From Paragordius varius (Eukaryota > Animalia > Nematomorpha): 64,000 nucleotides of DNA. The DNA lies in NCBI GenBank assembly GCA_964247055.1, contig OZ176050.1, positions 4,154,001 to 4,218,000 on the forward strand. The letters are read 5' to 3'. Below, in pieces: positions 1 through 14,407 of the stretch; position 1 is the first letter of the stretch; each line of letters starts with the position of its first letter. Both the position numbers and the translations under genes were made by a program. Below the pieces are notes generated by a model that was given only the letters and a program-made list of their open reading frames with translations, ran no database searches and had not been told where the DNA came from.

Positions 1-137
1 AAATACAACAGAAAATCTTCAAGGGTCGTATATGGTGCATCCATAACATTTTTTTAACCATATGCTAATCAGTTTTTCATTTGGATATTGTTTTTTCGTG
101 ATAATCATTTATACAGACAATACGTAACAAAAAGATA

Positions 138-500
138 GTTTTTCAAAAGACAACCATATTTTCTAAACCACTTTTTCTTAAATAAACGACTATTTAATTA
201 CAATCGTAAAATATATAAGTAGCGTATGGAGTAAAACAATATTAGTCCATAGAAGAATAAAAAAATGTTTTTTTAAAAAAAACAATCCTAGTTGTAAATA
301 CACATATCTATAATATCCCCTTTTTTTAAAAAAAAACATTTTTTTATTTTTCTATAAACTTATATTGTTTTAATCCATACGCTACTGTAATTGATTGTAT
401 TACGATTATATCTATTAGATACTAAAACAATGAATAATATTAAAAATAAACGTAAAAAATATAGCGGTCTTTTGAAAAAATATGTCTTTATTTTAAAACC
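138..500. mobile_element. Foldback/MITE-like inverted-repeat element
   Basis: Arm ~196-285 (...GTAGCGTATGGAGTAAAACAATAT...) is the imperfect reverse complement of ~325-410 (...ATATTGTTTTAATCCATACGCTAC...). A weaker outer IR pairs ~138-170 with ~467-500. Confidence 0.55.
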
Positions 501-674
501 TTATGTCTTATAAAACAATCTTTATTTAAATATTGCTATAACTTATATTAATAACCAATCCCATTCTTCTTTTACGTTTACCAAAAATATTGTTTCACAT
601 TTCACACAATGTAATTAAGGAACCAAAAAAAATTTATTATACTAATTTTATCTTTTTTATATGTAAAAATAAAG

Positions 675-2187
675 TTTGGAACAATGTGAAAATTTTATGT
701 TTGAAAACTCTCCTTGTGCTTCATATACCTCATCAAACGATGATTCTTCTTGCCAAAGCTTTGAGTCGTCCTCATCTTCCAATGATATTGGTTGTATGAT
801 TGGCAACTTTGATGAAAGTAAATTAAATAAAATTTTCTTTAAAAGTCTCATATAAATATACTATCTTTCTTATTAACTATTTAAAAAACTATTTTCTATA
901 TTTATTTACATATTTACCCTAGATTTTACGAATGTTATAGCCAGTTCAAATGGTGGCAATAATAACAAATTGCATGCTTATACCAAAGATAAAAATGTCC
1001 ACACATATAAACATAAGGGACAATACCAACACTCAAAGTTTGAGGGAGGAAATCAAATATCGCACTATCATCACGCATACAATAATAACATTAATGGTTT
1101 ATGTTTGAATGACAATGACCGTACGATCGGTATGTCGGCAGCTAAAATCCCATCGACTCAACATTCACAAGCCATACCTATTCCGGGTATAGCGACGTAT
1201 TATGCACCCTCATACCTAGCCAGAACGCAACAGCAAGTCCAGAAACAAGCAAACTTAAATCACAACAATTATTATGAGGATTCGGCTCACATAAATGAAA
1301 ATTTTGTTGATTTTGGCCATGATTTAGCTTCCAGTTTTAAACAAGAATCACCCTTTCTTGTTTCCAATTTTTTTAGGGACGACATAAATCACACTGGGGC
1401 AGCTACAACATCTCGCGGTGCAAACTCTTCCAACAATTCTTCCAATAATTCCAATCACAGTAATCGGAATACACTCACATCTAATGCAACTCTTGCTACC
1501 ACAATGTCCCAGAAAAAACCCAATTCAGCCTTTTATGTCGAAAGCAAAATGGGTCAGACCTCCCTTGCTAAAAGTCTGAATCCCCTTAAATTAGGTCATA
1601 TTAAAACGAATGCCTCATCCACAAAGAATACATCAAAGTCGCAACAACACACCAATCAAAAATGGACAACTTCACAAACAACAACAACAAGTAAGGCGGC
1701 AAAAACGCAATCCACAAAGCATAATAACCACCAAGCAACGAACAATAATAATAAACACCATTCTATCACAACAAAATCAAGCAATGCTCAACAATCCCAC
1801 AATTTAAACAATGTCCCACTCAATAATCACAGCGGTATTTCACTCTTTCCATTTTCGTCTCTTCTCCCAGCTTTTTTGGGCGGTCATCATGTTTCGACCG
1901 CCTATCCTACTACCTCTTCAACTGGACCAACTTTTTATTCCAATCCTGACAACACGGATTCTTCCATCAACACGAACCCTTCATCAACTACGTCAAACAA
2001 AAAATTTGGGGGAACCACCGCTTTTGTGGGTAAAAACTTTGCATCACTTTTTACAAAGGGATCATCAACATCCTCAACTACCAACCAGAAGATTGATAAT
2101 CCTGATTCATCCTCTTTTTATGGAGCTACAACAAGAGAACATCCATCAAAATATAAAGTTCCACAGCCTGTGGGCCCTCTAACATAA
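675..2187 (+). CDS. 3' exons (~675-817, 923-2187) of an unidentified protein with a long N/S/T/H-rich low-complexity C-terminus ending KYKVPQPVGPLT*; 5' exons not resolved
   Basis: 405-aa stop-free ORF in very AT-rich DNA. Acceptor CCCTAG at 917-922 and upstream donor GAAA|GTAAAT join in frame (phase 1). No domain recognised. Confidence 0.7.
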
Positions 2188-3694
2188 ATCTGATATTATA
2201 TTTGTGGTGGGGAAAGCGAATGATTAATGAACTTTATATATCTTATATGTTCAAATATATAAGAATTACTACCTCATATACCGACACCTTATTTATATTT
2301 TAAACGCCCTTTCCTTATTATATATATTTACATATGCATATGTATTGCAAAAATTCAATTTTACCATCAATCTTTCGTTAAACCATTTAACTATATAAAT
2401 TCTTTGATATTGCGAATGCCTCCTTCCTATAACCATAAATTTTCTAATTATAACTTGATTCTATTTGCATTTCACCAATTATAATACTATCAATCAATAT
2501 ATATAGATGTTGGCATTAAACGCTTATAAATAAATTGCATCGAATACCAGCCCTCCTATTTTTGGGTGCCCGAAAAAACGCATCTTTTTTGAAATCGAAA
2601 AAATCCTGTATTTGTTTAAAATAAAAAAATTATTTTATAAATATTGCTCATCTTGTATTACATTATTAGATATTTCCATACATATTTATATATAATATTT
2701 TATACCGATTCATTCGCGATTGCCTTATTTTGGTTCTATGTACTTATCGTTTGCTCTTAATCAAAAAATATTTATATTTATGATATTTTCGCATCTAATG
2801 GTTATAAAAATATATGAGTATTAATTATAAATCAATTTTCGCAATCAACCATATATTTTTTATTAAAGAAGAGTTAAACACTTATCTTGCTTGGACTGTT
2901 TGATAAATAAGTAATTTGTCCAGCATTTTACCAACCAAAATTTTTTAATATGCTTAATCTTTTAAAAACTACTGTAATACAGTTTAAACCAGCTCTGCAA
3001 CAATTGTTGTTTTTATATAATGCGTAAACTAATTTCAAAAATAACGTGATTAGATTGATTTTTAGCGATGGTAATACTTTTATTTACACAAGAGATTATA
3101 TAGTGACATGCAAAAAATTTCCATCTACTATAACCTACCTTTGTGATAGTTTTGTACACCAAAAAGATTTTAAATTTAAATATTTAAGAAAGTATTTAAA
3201 ATATTGGACCAAATTAAGAAATATAAATTTAGCCTCTCCATGATTTTTAATTTTTTTTTAAATAAACTTAAAATTTAAAAATCCTCATCTCATATGGCCG
3301 CCATTTTTTTCGTTAAGCTTTTAGACTCAGCTGTTTATTCCAACGTTTGGTGGTCCATTTTTGGATCCCTGAAGTTGGAATACCGCAATAAATATAAGCT
3401 TATTTATTAAAAGAAGAACAATGTCTGTTAATTATATTTAAACCCAAACAACCTGGAAAACATCAGTTTATAGGCAATTTTAATCTCTGAGGTTGAATAT
3501 TACACCAAAATGTAATCGTTTAAAAAAATAAGGTATAATCAAGTGTTAAAAACATTTTTACTAATTTACTACGAAAATTGTTTTATCAAATTATGAAATG
3601 TCCAAAAGAGTTAATTTCGCGGAATATATTTTTATTAGAAAAAATTATTTTAGATTGGTTGTTTCAGTTATTTAATTAATAACATTAGACAACA

Positions 3695-4250
3695 ACCACT
3701 TGAGTTTTTACATTTTCTAATATTCACTATTATTTACTAGTAAATCTGAAATAAAAATTATACTTCCACCTAAAATTTTTTATAATTTGATTTTTTATGA
3801 TTATGCGCCTTCTTTATCAAAATTTATTAAAAAATGTTTTTCTTAAATAATTCCAAAAAATGCTCATTTGTAACATATCCGGAGAAGTAATGAATTTTCT
3901 ATAAAATGCAAACTAATATGTTTTACATCGATTAATATTGGACATAGGAAGCAACAAACGCGCAAAGCGATGTTTTTCTTAATTAATATATTTTTAAATT
4001 AAAAAAGCAAATTAAAAGATTTTTCAAAATTTTTAATTTTTTACTAATGTAACCCTAATAATTATAAAATAATTTCTATGATTTTGAAATTAGTTTGTCT
4101 GTGAAAATTTTTGATTTATTTAAGGGTTGAAAATTTTGACCATTTAAACCCAAATATGATATTTCATAATAAACTTTCTTTATCGCTACTTTGATCAAAA
4201 TCGTAAATTTTGCTAAATGGATGATATTTTGCGGTTATGAATATGCAGTT
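3695..4250 (+). repeat. Interspersed repeat family B, partial copy
   Basis: Shares CTAATATGTTTTACAT..ATTGGACA...CAACAAACGCGC and AAATTTTGACCAT.TAAACCCAAATA blocks with ~44230-45150 (+) and ~52225-53220 (-). Confidence 0.75.
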
Positions 4251-6279
4251 AATAAAATTAAAATAAAATTAAACATCATAATCTTGCTTTTATCTTGGTA
4301 AAAGAATTTTAATGGCATCATAATTTTTAAAATTAGAATTCATTATACTTTTTATAAATTATTTTTTGGGGAATTTAAAATCTATAGAATGCATTTTAAA
4401 ATATGATCAATATTTTGGTATTATAACACTGCTCAACAAGGTTTTGCACCACCCCATTATTTTTGCATTTTCTGATACCTAATGGCATGGAAAGGCCAAA
4501 ACAAAAAAGAAAATTGAGGCCACCAATAGGATTTTTCCGAAATTTAATTTTTAAATTTGTATTTAATTTAAAAATAACAATCATTCCTCGTGCACATATG
4601 TTTAAATATTCAAACGAACAAGTCGCTACAAGTAATATTCCATGCATGAATAACAAAATTCTAGGCATTAAATAAGATACTAAACAAGCTAAGAGCCAAA
4701 GTATAAAAAATCTAAAAGGGGCTTATGTATAGTGTGATAGATCCGGGCGGATGCAGAAGCTCTGCTTATCCCCCAAGCGATCCAATTATGCCAGATATGG
4801 CAAAGATAACAATAAGTAATCGTAAAGCCTGATAAGAGAGACTTGCAAGCAAAATCCAGGCAAATTGACATGTCAAATTAACCAATTCACAGAATAATGT
4901 TAGATAAATTCTACAATTTAATTGAATAAAAAGATTAGGTAACTACAAATGGTCCAATCCCATAATAGTAAATTCTACTAAAAGTGGCTACACAACATCC
5001 ATCTGAAATTAAAAATACAAAACAACCAATAATTTTAAGAAATAAAGTATATCCACTAGGTATAAATAAAGGATTTTTTGTAAGAACCAACTCAAAAAAA
5101 AAACTTAATAAGTACTCGAAAGAACGAAAACTAACAAAAAAATATAGCCTATCTAAAAGCCGAAGGTTTAAACCATAGAATGCCTTTTTTAGTATTTTTT
5201 TAAAAAATTTTTATACGTATTAAAAATTCACTTGAAAGAAAAAGACTAAATTTTGACGTTTAAGTCCGTACTATTTTTTTTTCTCTGATATTTAAATGAC
5301 ATATTTATATTCAAAAGGTAGAGTTTAAAACGCTTTATTAAATGATATTAAGTTTATAATATAACATTTTATTATAAAGTTATATGTAATTTTCTCTCGA
5401 TTTTCTCTTGTTTTTGAAAAATTGAAAAACCTATAATATTTCAAAATTCTGATTGGCGGGATCAAAAAAATTTTCACATTCGGTTTTAAAACACTGAAAT
5501 TAGTCATAATTTAAAAGTTTGAGTGGTGGTGCTCAAAAATGTCCAAATTTGTCGACTTGTGTAATTATAATATTTTTAGGCTTAGGTTTTTGACCGATTA
5601 TTACGGTGACAGTCAGCTTGTCATTCATGGAAACAAACAATAATACAAATACAGGTTGTAGCTAATTTGTTTTTAAATTAACATTTACCTTTTCAATATT
5701 TGTTTTTGAAGACGATTATATTTTGGCGTAGTTTTGTATCGAGATCCTAAACTTCTAACCATTGTTTTGAAAGTTGTTTTGGTTATTTAATTTTAAAACT
5801 TTTCTCACTCTACTAAGGAATCAAGACAGCTTCAAAACTCGATTTTAACAAACAGGTGATCAAATCAATCTTAAGTTATTTACATTTTTTAACCGTAATT
5901 TATATTTATTTGCCCTTTTTATTAGCAATTTAATAAAATTCAGAGATATTATGACCATAAAAGTTATGTGCAATCGTAACTCGTCAGACTCAACTCTGCT
6001 GATGATTATCTACAAGGGCAAAAAGATTCCAATTATTATGCTAATAGGTGTTGTTATACAATACTATTAACCGAAAAGATAAATGTCAGTGACTATTAGG
6101 AAAAATAAATGAAAATCAATTTAGAAACACAGGGGCAACAAAATATATACTTAAAACGAGAAAAGCAATAAAATTGCTAACGCCGCAGTATAAACACATT
6201 TACACCAATTCAGAACTGGTCAGGTCAGGTTTTTTTATATATTGCAGTATCGATTAACTTTTTAGCCAAGCCATCTCTT

Positions 6280-6300
6280 ATATATATATATATATATATA
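6280..6300. repeat. (TA)n microsatellite
   Basis: TA dinucleotide run. Similar runs at ~6918-6945, ~30820-30868 and ~54607-54638. Confidence 0.9.
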
Positions 6301-6914
6301 TCAAAAATTCTCAAATAAATATTTAATTATCTTTTTTTACACCTTACTTGTAAATCGAATATATGCATTACCTTAAATATTGTTTTATTGGCTCACGTTT
6401 TTAACACCGATTGCCAAGTGCCGCCGTAAAAAAAGAATGGTAAGGTTATAACTCAAAGCATGGCTAATTAATTTTTTAGTCATTAATTGTTATACAATAT
6501 AAGTATTTTTAATTATTTGCTTGCTAAATAATAATAATACTCTAATATAGTTGAAAAGTATATACGAAAGCGAAAGATACAAAATAATATTTTAATAAAA
6601 ATCTTTACAATAATTAAGGTTAGAAATATATAAAAATAGAGTTAAAATATTTAACATAAACTTTAAAATTACACCGTCAAGGGTATTCATGATCTACCCG
6701 GAAAACATGTAACTAATTTTATTTTTAGAGCTAAGTTTATGTAAAAATGAGCTAACGGAGAGAGTCATGTTAAATTTACAATGATAAATCAGAATTTAGC
6801 AAGATGTCGCAAAATTTACTCTATTTTTATATAATTTGATAAAAAACATCAACTGTTATTTCCAACAACGTCTAAGTATACGAAAATCGCAGAAATTCTA
6901 ATACATTTATCTAA

Positions 6915-6948
<34 letters not shown>

Positions 6949-7466
6949 ATTTGATTAGAATGCTATAATACCCAATAAGGGTTTTACGTTTTATATACTT
7001 ATTATATATCATGAAAGTCTGATAATTTTGCCACATTGTGTTAACAATATTTCATTTACTAAGATATAATAAACAATTTAACTTCATATTTTTATAATTT
7101 ATTAAGGAATTGATTTTAACAAATTACATATATTATATAATCTGATCTTTGATATTAAAATAATCATTATATGCATTTTTAATAAGGTATTAGAGTCCAA
7201 TTTTGGGTATTTTTATAATATTATGAAAATTCTTTGTATATTTGTAGTGATGCGATCTTCTTTATTTATGCATATAAATTTCTATTAATATAGCCAAATA
7301 TTATATGGAATCGTGATAATTAGTATAATTGCTTCCCTGTTTTTTCATATTCAAAATATATATATATAGAGAGACATGTAACCTATATACTTGTTTTAAA
7401 TGTAATAATATATAGTGAAAATTTAAACAAACGAAATTCCCCAAACTGATATTATCGACGATTAAA

Positions 7467-8894
7467 ATGGATATTTTTTCCATTCACAATAACAAGACAA
7501 GATTAAATTTGGAATGTATGCCAGATCAAATTATGTCAACCGAAAAACAAGTGTGGAATGGAGAAAATATAATGAATATGATAATCCTTCCGATTCTGCT
7601 AATTTTGGGTTTGGTGGGAAATTCGATGGGCCTTTTCATACTTCAGCATATCCGTAAACGATACAGTTTGCAAAATGCATCAAATTATTTGTATTATTAC
7701 TACCTTACCTGGATAGCTTGGTTGAATATTTTAACTTGTAGCTTTTACTTTTGCCGAGTAGGTGAAATGTTACGTAAATTTGATCAACGCACTATCCTGT
7801 TTCCTTTTTACAGTTGGTTATATTTTATCGCGCATTTCACGTTAACATTCATAAATGGCTTCTTTGGTGCATCTATCCTAGTTTTATGCCTTATACTTTG
7901 GGATCGTTATCAAAACTTGCGTGATCCCTTCAAGTATGCCAACATGATTGGTAAAAATGATTGGCGATTTAAATGGCTTCATAATTTGCCTACTGTTTTT
8001 ACCATCGTATCTGTTTGTATGTGCCTAACCAATTATTTTTGGTATCGAGTAAATCAATGTTTTGTACCATTTGTACCTGTTATAAAGTTGCCAGAACAGG
8101 GAATATATATCCCCGAAGATATTCAAGAAAGCGCTTTATCATCGAGCAATGTAACACCTATGTTCTTTATTAAGCGTACAGATTACAAAATAATAGAGAT
8201 CTATGATACAGTCCGGACAGTTATTCTTTCAATCATTCCTGGTTTTGTGATTTTGTATTATGGGATATGGATAACATATTTGTTAGGCAAATATTTCCAT
8301 AACCGAAATATGATATTTAAACGAGGCACCGTTTTGCCATTAAATTCTCCAAGTGTTCTTAAAAATGCTGAAAAATTAGATTCACCGATGAATAAGGATA
8401 AGTTTATCATCAATGATCGCTCATCGATATCGAGTGAGCCCTCGATTGGTAAAAACAATTCGGCACTCAAAAATTCACCTAGCTCCTTAAACAATTTATC
8501 ACCCCCTTCACCTCAGAGCAAACAATATTTGGATGTTGGCGGGATTGAAGATTCTAAAGTGGCTGCTATCAAAAGTTCACGAGCTCAAAAACTCCAAATT
8601 AAACGAATGCTAGGTCGTAACCTTTCAGCTCTAATATATTTCTTGTTGTATTGCATACTTGAAATACCGAACATTGTAGTACTCATAATGGGTGATCGTA
8701 TGCAAAATGAAACATTTATTGACACATCCAATATGCTTGAAATGATGTTTTACACGCTAAATTTTTACATATACATGGCGTTTGATAAGAACTTTCAAAA
8801 AGAATTAATTAAATTATGTAATAAACTTTTGCACAAACATTCATTCCCAAAATCAAGTATAATCACTACAATCATGTCACAAATTAGAGATTAA
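7467..8894 (+). CDS. Intronless class A (rhodopsin-like) GPCR, FMRFamide/sex-peptide-receptor/srw-like group; paralog 1
   Basis: 475-aa ORF with seven hydrophobic segments: TM1 LILGLVGN, TM3 LWDRY, TM6 YCILEIPN, TM7 NFYIY...DKNF. N-terminal NKT sequon. Confidence 0.88.
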   Translation: MDIFSIHNNKTRLNLECMPDQIMSTEKQVWNGENIMNMIILPILLILGLVGNSMGLFILQHIRKRYSLQNASNYLYYYYLTWIAWLNILTCSFYFCRVGEMLRKFDQRTILFPFYSWLYFIAHFTLTFINGFFGASILVLCLILWDRYQNLRDPFKYANMIGKNDWRFKWLHNLPTVFTIVSVCMCLTNYFWYRVNQCFVPFVPVIKLPEQGIYIPEDIQESALSSSNVTPMFFIKRTDYKIIEIYDTVRTVILSIIPGFVILYYGIWITYLLGKYFHNRNMIFKRGTVLPLNSPSVLKNAEKLDSPMNKDKFIINDRSSISSEPSIGKNNSALKNSPSSLNNLSPPSPQSKQYLDVGGIEDSKVAAIKSSRAQKLQIKRMLGRNLSALIYFLLYCILEIPNIVVLIMGDRMQNETFIDTSNMLEMMFYTLNFYIYMAFDKNFQKELIKLCNKLLHKHSFPKSSIITTIMSQIRD

Positions 8895-9707
8895 CTCAAT
8901 CAATCAATGACCACATTTGCCCTAAAAATACCACACTTATAAGCTCAATAATTAACTAACAACGTTGTCATATAAGTTGTTAACCATATATATCGTTTCT
9001 CATATTATTATATTATCTTTGGTCTCATTACTAAATAATATTATGTACATTTGCATCCAAACTTTCCATATTAATTAAAATAAATATACCTAAAATTATT
9101 TTCGCATACATGATTGATTTTACATTAAATCAATTAAAAACATAATTAATAGTCCAAAAATATGGCTTCTTAAAGGTCTTAATAACATCTTGAATCTGCT
9201 AAGGCTTACCAAAAATAAATATTTAACCTTTAAAAAGATGAACAAAAAACCCAGAATGACAGGTAATAATAATAAATAGTGAATAGGTGCATGAGACAAT
9301 ATCTCCTATTTATATATAAATTAGAACATTTTCAATTACAAAAAGCCTAATCCATTCATTGTGCAATTTTAATTCTTTTGTTGTTTTGAAGAGAATACGG
9401 GATGGTTTGTTCATATAATAATAATAATAAGATAAATAAATAAAAGATAATAGCTGAAATCTAATTAAAATTAATGCTCTAAAATATTTTTATCCTCTAA
9501 TGATACATTTTTAATTATTTAAATTTAGCTATTCACTTAAACGATTTCCAGTGTCTGGATAATGTTCTCTTGTATAAGTTATAATTACTGATTCAGAATT
9601 TTATTTAGCGGTGTCAAAATATTTTTTAACTCATAATATTGATTTATATCGCTCTCATATTTGATATAATTAAATTGTACATAATCCAACTAGTAATAAC
9701 TAAAAGC

Positions 9708-11078
9708 ATGTTAAATCTAACCCAATCCAGTTTTCCAACATGCCAATCGAATCAAATTCAAACCAGAAAAGAAACGTCCTGGGATTTACTCACCGTTTTA
9801 AACATGATTATGTTACCTGCACTCCTTATCTTGGGAATTATGGGTAATTTGTTGGGTATCTTGATATTACGTAAGATACGTCGGCGATTCTCCATAAACA
9901 ATGCATCAAATTATTTGTACTACTATTATCTTACATGGATAGCATGGTTGAATATAATCACATGCATTTTTTACATGTGTAGGGTTGGAGAGATGTTACG
10001 CAAGTTTGATCAACGTACCATACTTTATCATAACAAAGTTTGGTTAGTTTTTATTGGCCATTATACACTCATTTTTATAAATGGATTCTTTGGTGCTTCT
10101 GTCCTTGTCCTTTGTTTAATTCTTTGGGATCGATACAAGAACTTGAAAAGCCCGTTTGAATATGCTCGAATGATTGCACACGCCGATTGGCGTTTCCATT
10201 TATTGTATTATCTCCCATTAGTTTTTACCATAGTGTCTAACACTATGTGTTGCAGTAGCTATGTTTGGTATCAAGTGCATGCATGCCTTCTCCCTTTTTA
10301 TCTAAATTCCAACTTACCTGGCAAAACTTTGTTAACCAAAACAATATTGAACGCTACTAATATCGCTATAGTACGGTCTAAAATTTCATACAACAATAAA
10401 GATAACCTTAGATATTATGTACGCCGTGAAAAGAGTGAAAATAATGTTGAACGCTATGATACTTTTAGGATATGCATATTATCAATTTTACCTGGGCTTG
10501 TTATATTATATTATGGTGTTTGGGTCACGTATCTCCTTGTCAAATTCCTACATAATCGCCCAATCTCCACAATTAATAAAAGCAAGATTACTCCAAGCAA
10601 TATAAATGGCGCAAGTGGAGCTATCTCACAAAATCACCGCTCTAAACATTCATCGATTGCAATGGGAAAATCAATTACTCTAAATGCCGCCACCCTTAAC
10701 ACGCAAGCAAGTTTTGATGAACGAGTAACCACATCCCAAATTACAGCAATAAAATCCGAACGATTTGAGAAAAATCGGAAAACTAAAATCCTTGCTAGGA
10801 ATTTATCAGCTCTTATTTATTTCGTAATGTATTGCATTCTGGAAATTCCAAACATAATAGTCATTCTTTTTAGGGATAGCTTGGCTAATAATGATACATT
10901 TATTGACATATCTAATTTGCTGGAGCTTATGTTTTTTACTCTCAATTTTTACGTATATATGGCGTTTGATAAGAATTTTCATCGGCAAATATGTCGCGTT
11001 TTGGATATAATAATTGGGACAAAACGACAAAGTATTGCTGCTACAGTAGTAGAAGTAGGGACCAGCGTAGCAAATTAG
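9708..11078 (+). CDS. Intronless class A GPCR, paralog 2
   Basis: Same motifs (LGIMGN, LWDRY, YCILEIPN, NFYVY). ATG 9708 (MLNLT) chosen over the track's TTG at 9639 because it aligns with the N-termini of the paralogs. Confidence 0.88.
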   Translation: MLNLTQSSFPTCQSNQIQTRKETSWDLLTVLNMIMLPALLILGIMGNLLGILILRKIRRRFSINNASNYLYYYYLTWIAWLNIITCIFYMCRVGEMLRKFDQRTILYHNKVWLVFIGHYTLIFINGFFGASVLVLCLILWDRYKNLKSPFEYARMIAHADWRFHLLYYLPLVFTIVSNTMCCSSYVWYQVHACLLPFYLNSNLPGKTLLTKTILNATNIAIVRSKISYNNKDNLRYYVRREKSENNVERYDTFRICILSILPGLVILYYGVWVTYLLVKFLHNRPISTINKSKITPSNINGASGAISQNHRSKHSSIAMGKSITLNAATLNTQASFDERVTTSQITAIKSERFEKNRKTKILARNLSALIYFVMYCILEIPNIIVILFRDSLANNDTFIDISNLLELMFFTLNFYVYMAFDKNFHRQICRVLDIIIGTKRQSIAATVVEVGTSVAN

Positions 11079-14000
11079 GTGTTCAATTTAATTATTTAAA
11101 TATATATTAATTAAAGGAATTAGTTATCAATTCTTAAATATAATTTATATATTCGTATTTCTATAAATTAAACATTATTATTTTTTCGAGATTATTCAAT
11201 TGAAATGCTAAAACTTTGCATTGAAATATATTATTTATGATATGGCAATTTACGTAATTTAGGGAATGTGTAAATAACATCTCTCATTTTTGATATAAAG
11301 TATGCACATTTATGTTGGCTTATTCACATTATTGTTAGCCAATTCGCAACACAGTAATGAATGGGTAAATACAATAAAATGTTATAATTTAACAATTTTT
11401 CCGTTTTGTCTATTTAATTATGGACAGAATTCGTTTTATTACACACGCTACTGTATTACTAATTGGCCAACAATATGTGAATAGAACAGCACAAAAGTGC
11501 ATACTGTAAAATCTATCGAGCTGTGTAACCTTTAAATAAATATTTTGTATTTGCTCACAAAGTGTCATGTAAAATAAATGGAATATAAATATAGTATTAA
11601 TTATAAAGATTTGACCAAGAACAGTTGTTGTGCGTTCTGTATAGCCTTTTTGGAACCGTTAGGAGCAAAATTGTATGAAACTGCTTAACATAATTTTATA
11701 GGGGGTGGGGTTTATTGTAAAATATAATGGTAGGTAGGGCTTAGACAAAAATATTTTAAACATTTTTACCCTAAAATGTCAGAACAATATTGGAAAAATA
11801 TGCATGTAATCGCTTTCAAATGCGCTCATTCACTGTCATAGCACCAAATGATATACAAAAAATTAAATTAAGCAAGCTTTTAATCAATTTTGCATTAAAT
11901 TTGAACATTATTATCTCTTAAATTTAATTATCACGTTATAAACCCATGTTCAAAAATATTTATAAAGATGGTTACAAAAATTATTTATGATAGCACCCAA
12001 CCCTAGATATAATAATGAACATTTTATAGCAAAATATTTGGACATAAAATATTTTCTTAGATAGGGGTTGATTTCTTTTATGTTTTTTATATATCGTTTT
12101 ATAAACAATATATATTAGTAGACGGATATCACAAAAAGTCAGTATGTATTACAGTCTTTCTTCATCATCGGTTACAAGCCATTCAAAATTTAACCTTATT
12201 TAACAAATTCTTATCCTGTATCATTTAGTATCAAAACTTTACAAGAATCCATCGATGTTTTTTTTACTAAATACAAAATTGGATATATAATTTGTTTGGG
12301 GTGGTTTTGTATGTCTGATAGAGTAAAAATTAAAATTATCACGACAAACATATTAATTTTTTTATATAGCGTATGTTTTTGAGAAATGGATGTTAATGGT
12401 GGATTATATGTTACACACTTGTCATCATATGTAAGGGATAGATAAAAATTTGGTTTACTTTATATAAGAACATAATCCATTACCCTTTATGTTTATAACT
12501 TTATTTTTAACCTTAAAAACAACTCGTGTTAGACACAAAGTAATTAATACTTTGATAACCCACTAAGCCCAAACGCAGAACTAAATTTGAACCATAACTT
12601 AATTAAAAATCTCTCATCCATTTACTTAAAAGGAACAAAATATGAAAAGATTAATTACATTTTAAAATATGAATAAACATATATATATATGTAAAAATAA
12701 TTTAATAGCGGATATTCGGATAATTTTTAATTAAATGTGTATTTTGCCTATACTCTTGCAATTAAACTAATAGAGGGCCAAGAACGTAATTTAATAAATA
12801 ATTTAAAATTGGAATTTAATGAAATTAAATCATAATAAATATGTAAAAATAAAATATGATATATCTTTAAGTCAAAACTACACAAGTTTTTAACGTGATT
12901 TGGGATATTACAAATTAATGATATTGTATTTAGAAAAATAATAATATTTTATAAAAAATGTAGTATAAAAATGAGCCCATAATTACATTTTGATTTCCAT
13001 CATGGCTTTTGCGTCTGTGTACCCATGGATTTTTGAATCATACTAGCCAAGTTTTTGGACCTAAGTGTATATTATACGTAAAAATTTAGAGCACATTGTT
13101 AATAACTTATGTAATTTGCAATAAAACAAAATTAATATAGTTTATTTTTTAACTAACCTCCTGATTTTGGTGTGATTTTGATAAAGTATTATTCCAAATC
13201 GAGGAAATATGAATATATCTCTTTTCTGTTTATAATTCGCTTTTTAATTAAAGCTTCCAACAAACTTAAAAAATCATTTTTCTAACCTTCTTTATTACCT
13301 ATTGGGTAGTTTTCTACCCAACTGCGATAATTAAAGCTTTAATATTGGGTAAAATTTAAAGATATTTTTCGTGGCTTAAAGCGTATTATAATTAAAAATT
13401 TGACATATAATTGAAAAAATATTCTCTCAAATGCAGTCATTTTTTATTAAAAAAATTGCTAAAATGGCAGATGAAAACATATTACGATTAATAAAATTAA
13501 TAAATTTAAATGCGTTTTATCATGTTTTGGCAGTGAATTTTGGGTCATATATTTTCAGAATCAGCTGTTTGTTTCGATCCGAATTAAAAGATTATCCTGA
13601 AGTTACACTATTAAAAGAATAGTTGTATTTAGTCGATATACCTTTTAGTTTTATATTTATTACAAAAAGCCTTTAATAAAAACACCTTAAAGTTTTTATT
13701 CTTCTTATAAATATTTAAAATGTAAGGGAGTGTTGATGAGCTTAAATGTATTCACCTATGAATTTTAGAAACATAAATAAATTATTGAGTGAGAATAGAG
13801 CTTAATTTTCGGGAAAAACGTAGTTGGAGCAGATATATATTCATTCGGGAACATAACCCTTATGTATATATCAGTAATTAAGTCAAATTCAAATTAATTA
13901 AATCAAAATAAAATAATAAATAATATTCCTATTATAACATTATAAATTAGGGGACTTGCAGTCATTTATCTCTAAAATACTACTTTGCGATGTTGTGTTC

Positions 14001-14407
14001 TTCCGTCAAAATCTGAGGAAACAAAAATATTTTTTATAGCTTTATTACCCCAGATTGATGCGAAAGCCCATTATGTTAAAAAAAAGTAATCAAATAAAAT
14101 GCTTCATATATTCAAATAAAGTTACTTTAACTTTTTGATAATTACATTTTTAATCCTGCTGGAATTTTTGGCCTATTATTATTGTAATATTGCTTTGTGA
14201 ATAAATAATTTCCCTATGTTCGATTAATGGTGCTATTTTTGGTTACAATGGTTTAAAATTTTATTCTATAATAAAGCTCCCTTAAAAGTTAATGACCATA
14301 CATTTCGTTAATCAATATGCAATCAATGCAATTATACAATAAATTTTGCATAAAATTTGATCTCCACAATTGTAATTAGCACGATCACAATGAATATAAC
14401 TCTAAAG

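Noticed and set aside
9639-9707. N-terminal extension of GPCR paralog 2 from a TTG start
   Set aside because: Near-cognate start in the ORF track; ATG 9708 aligns with the paralogs.
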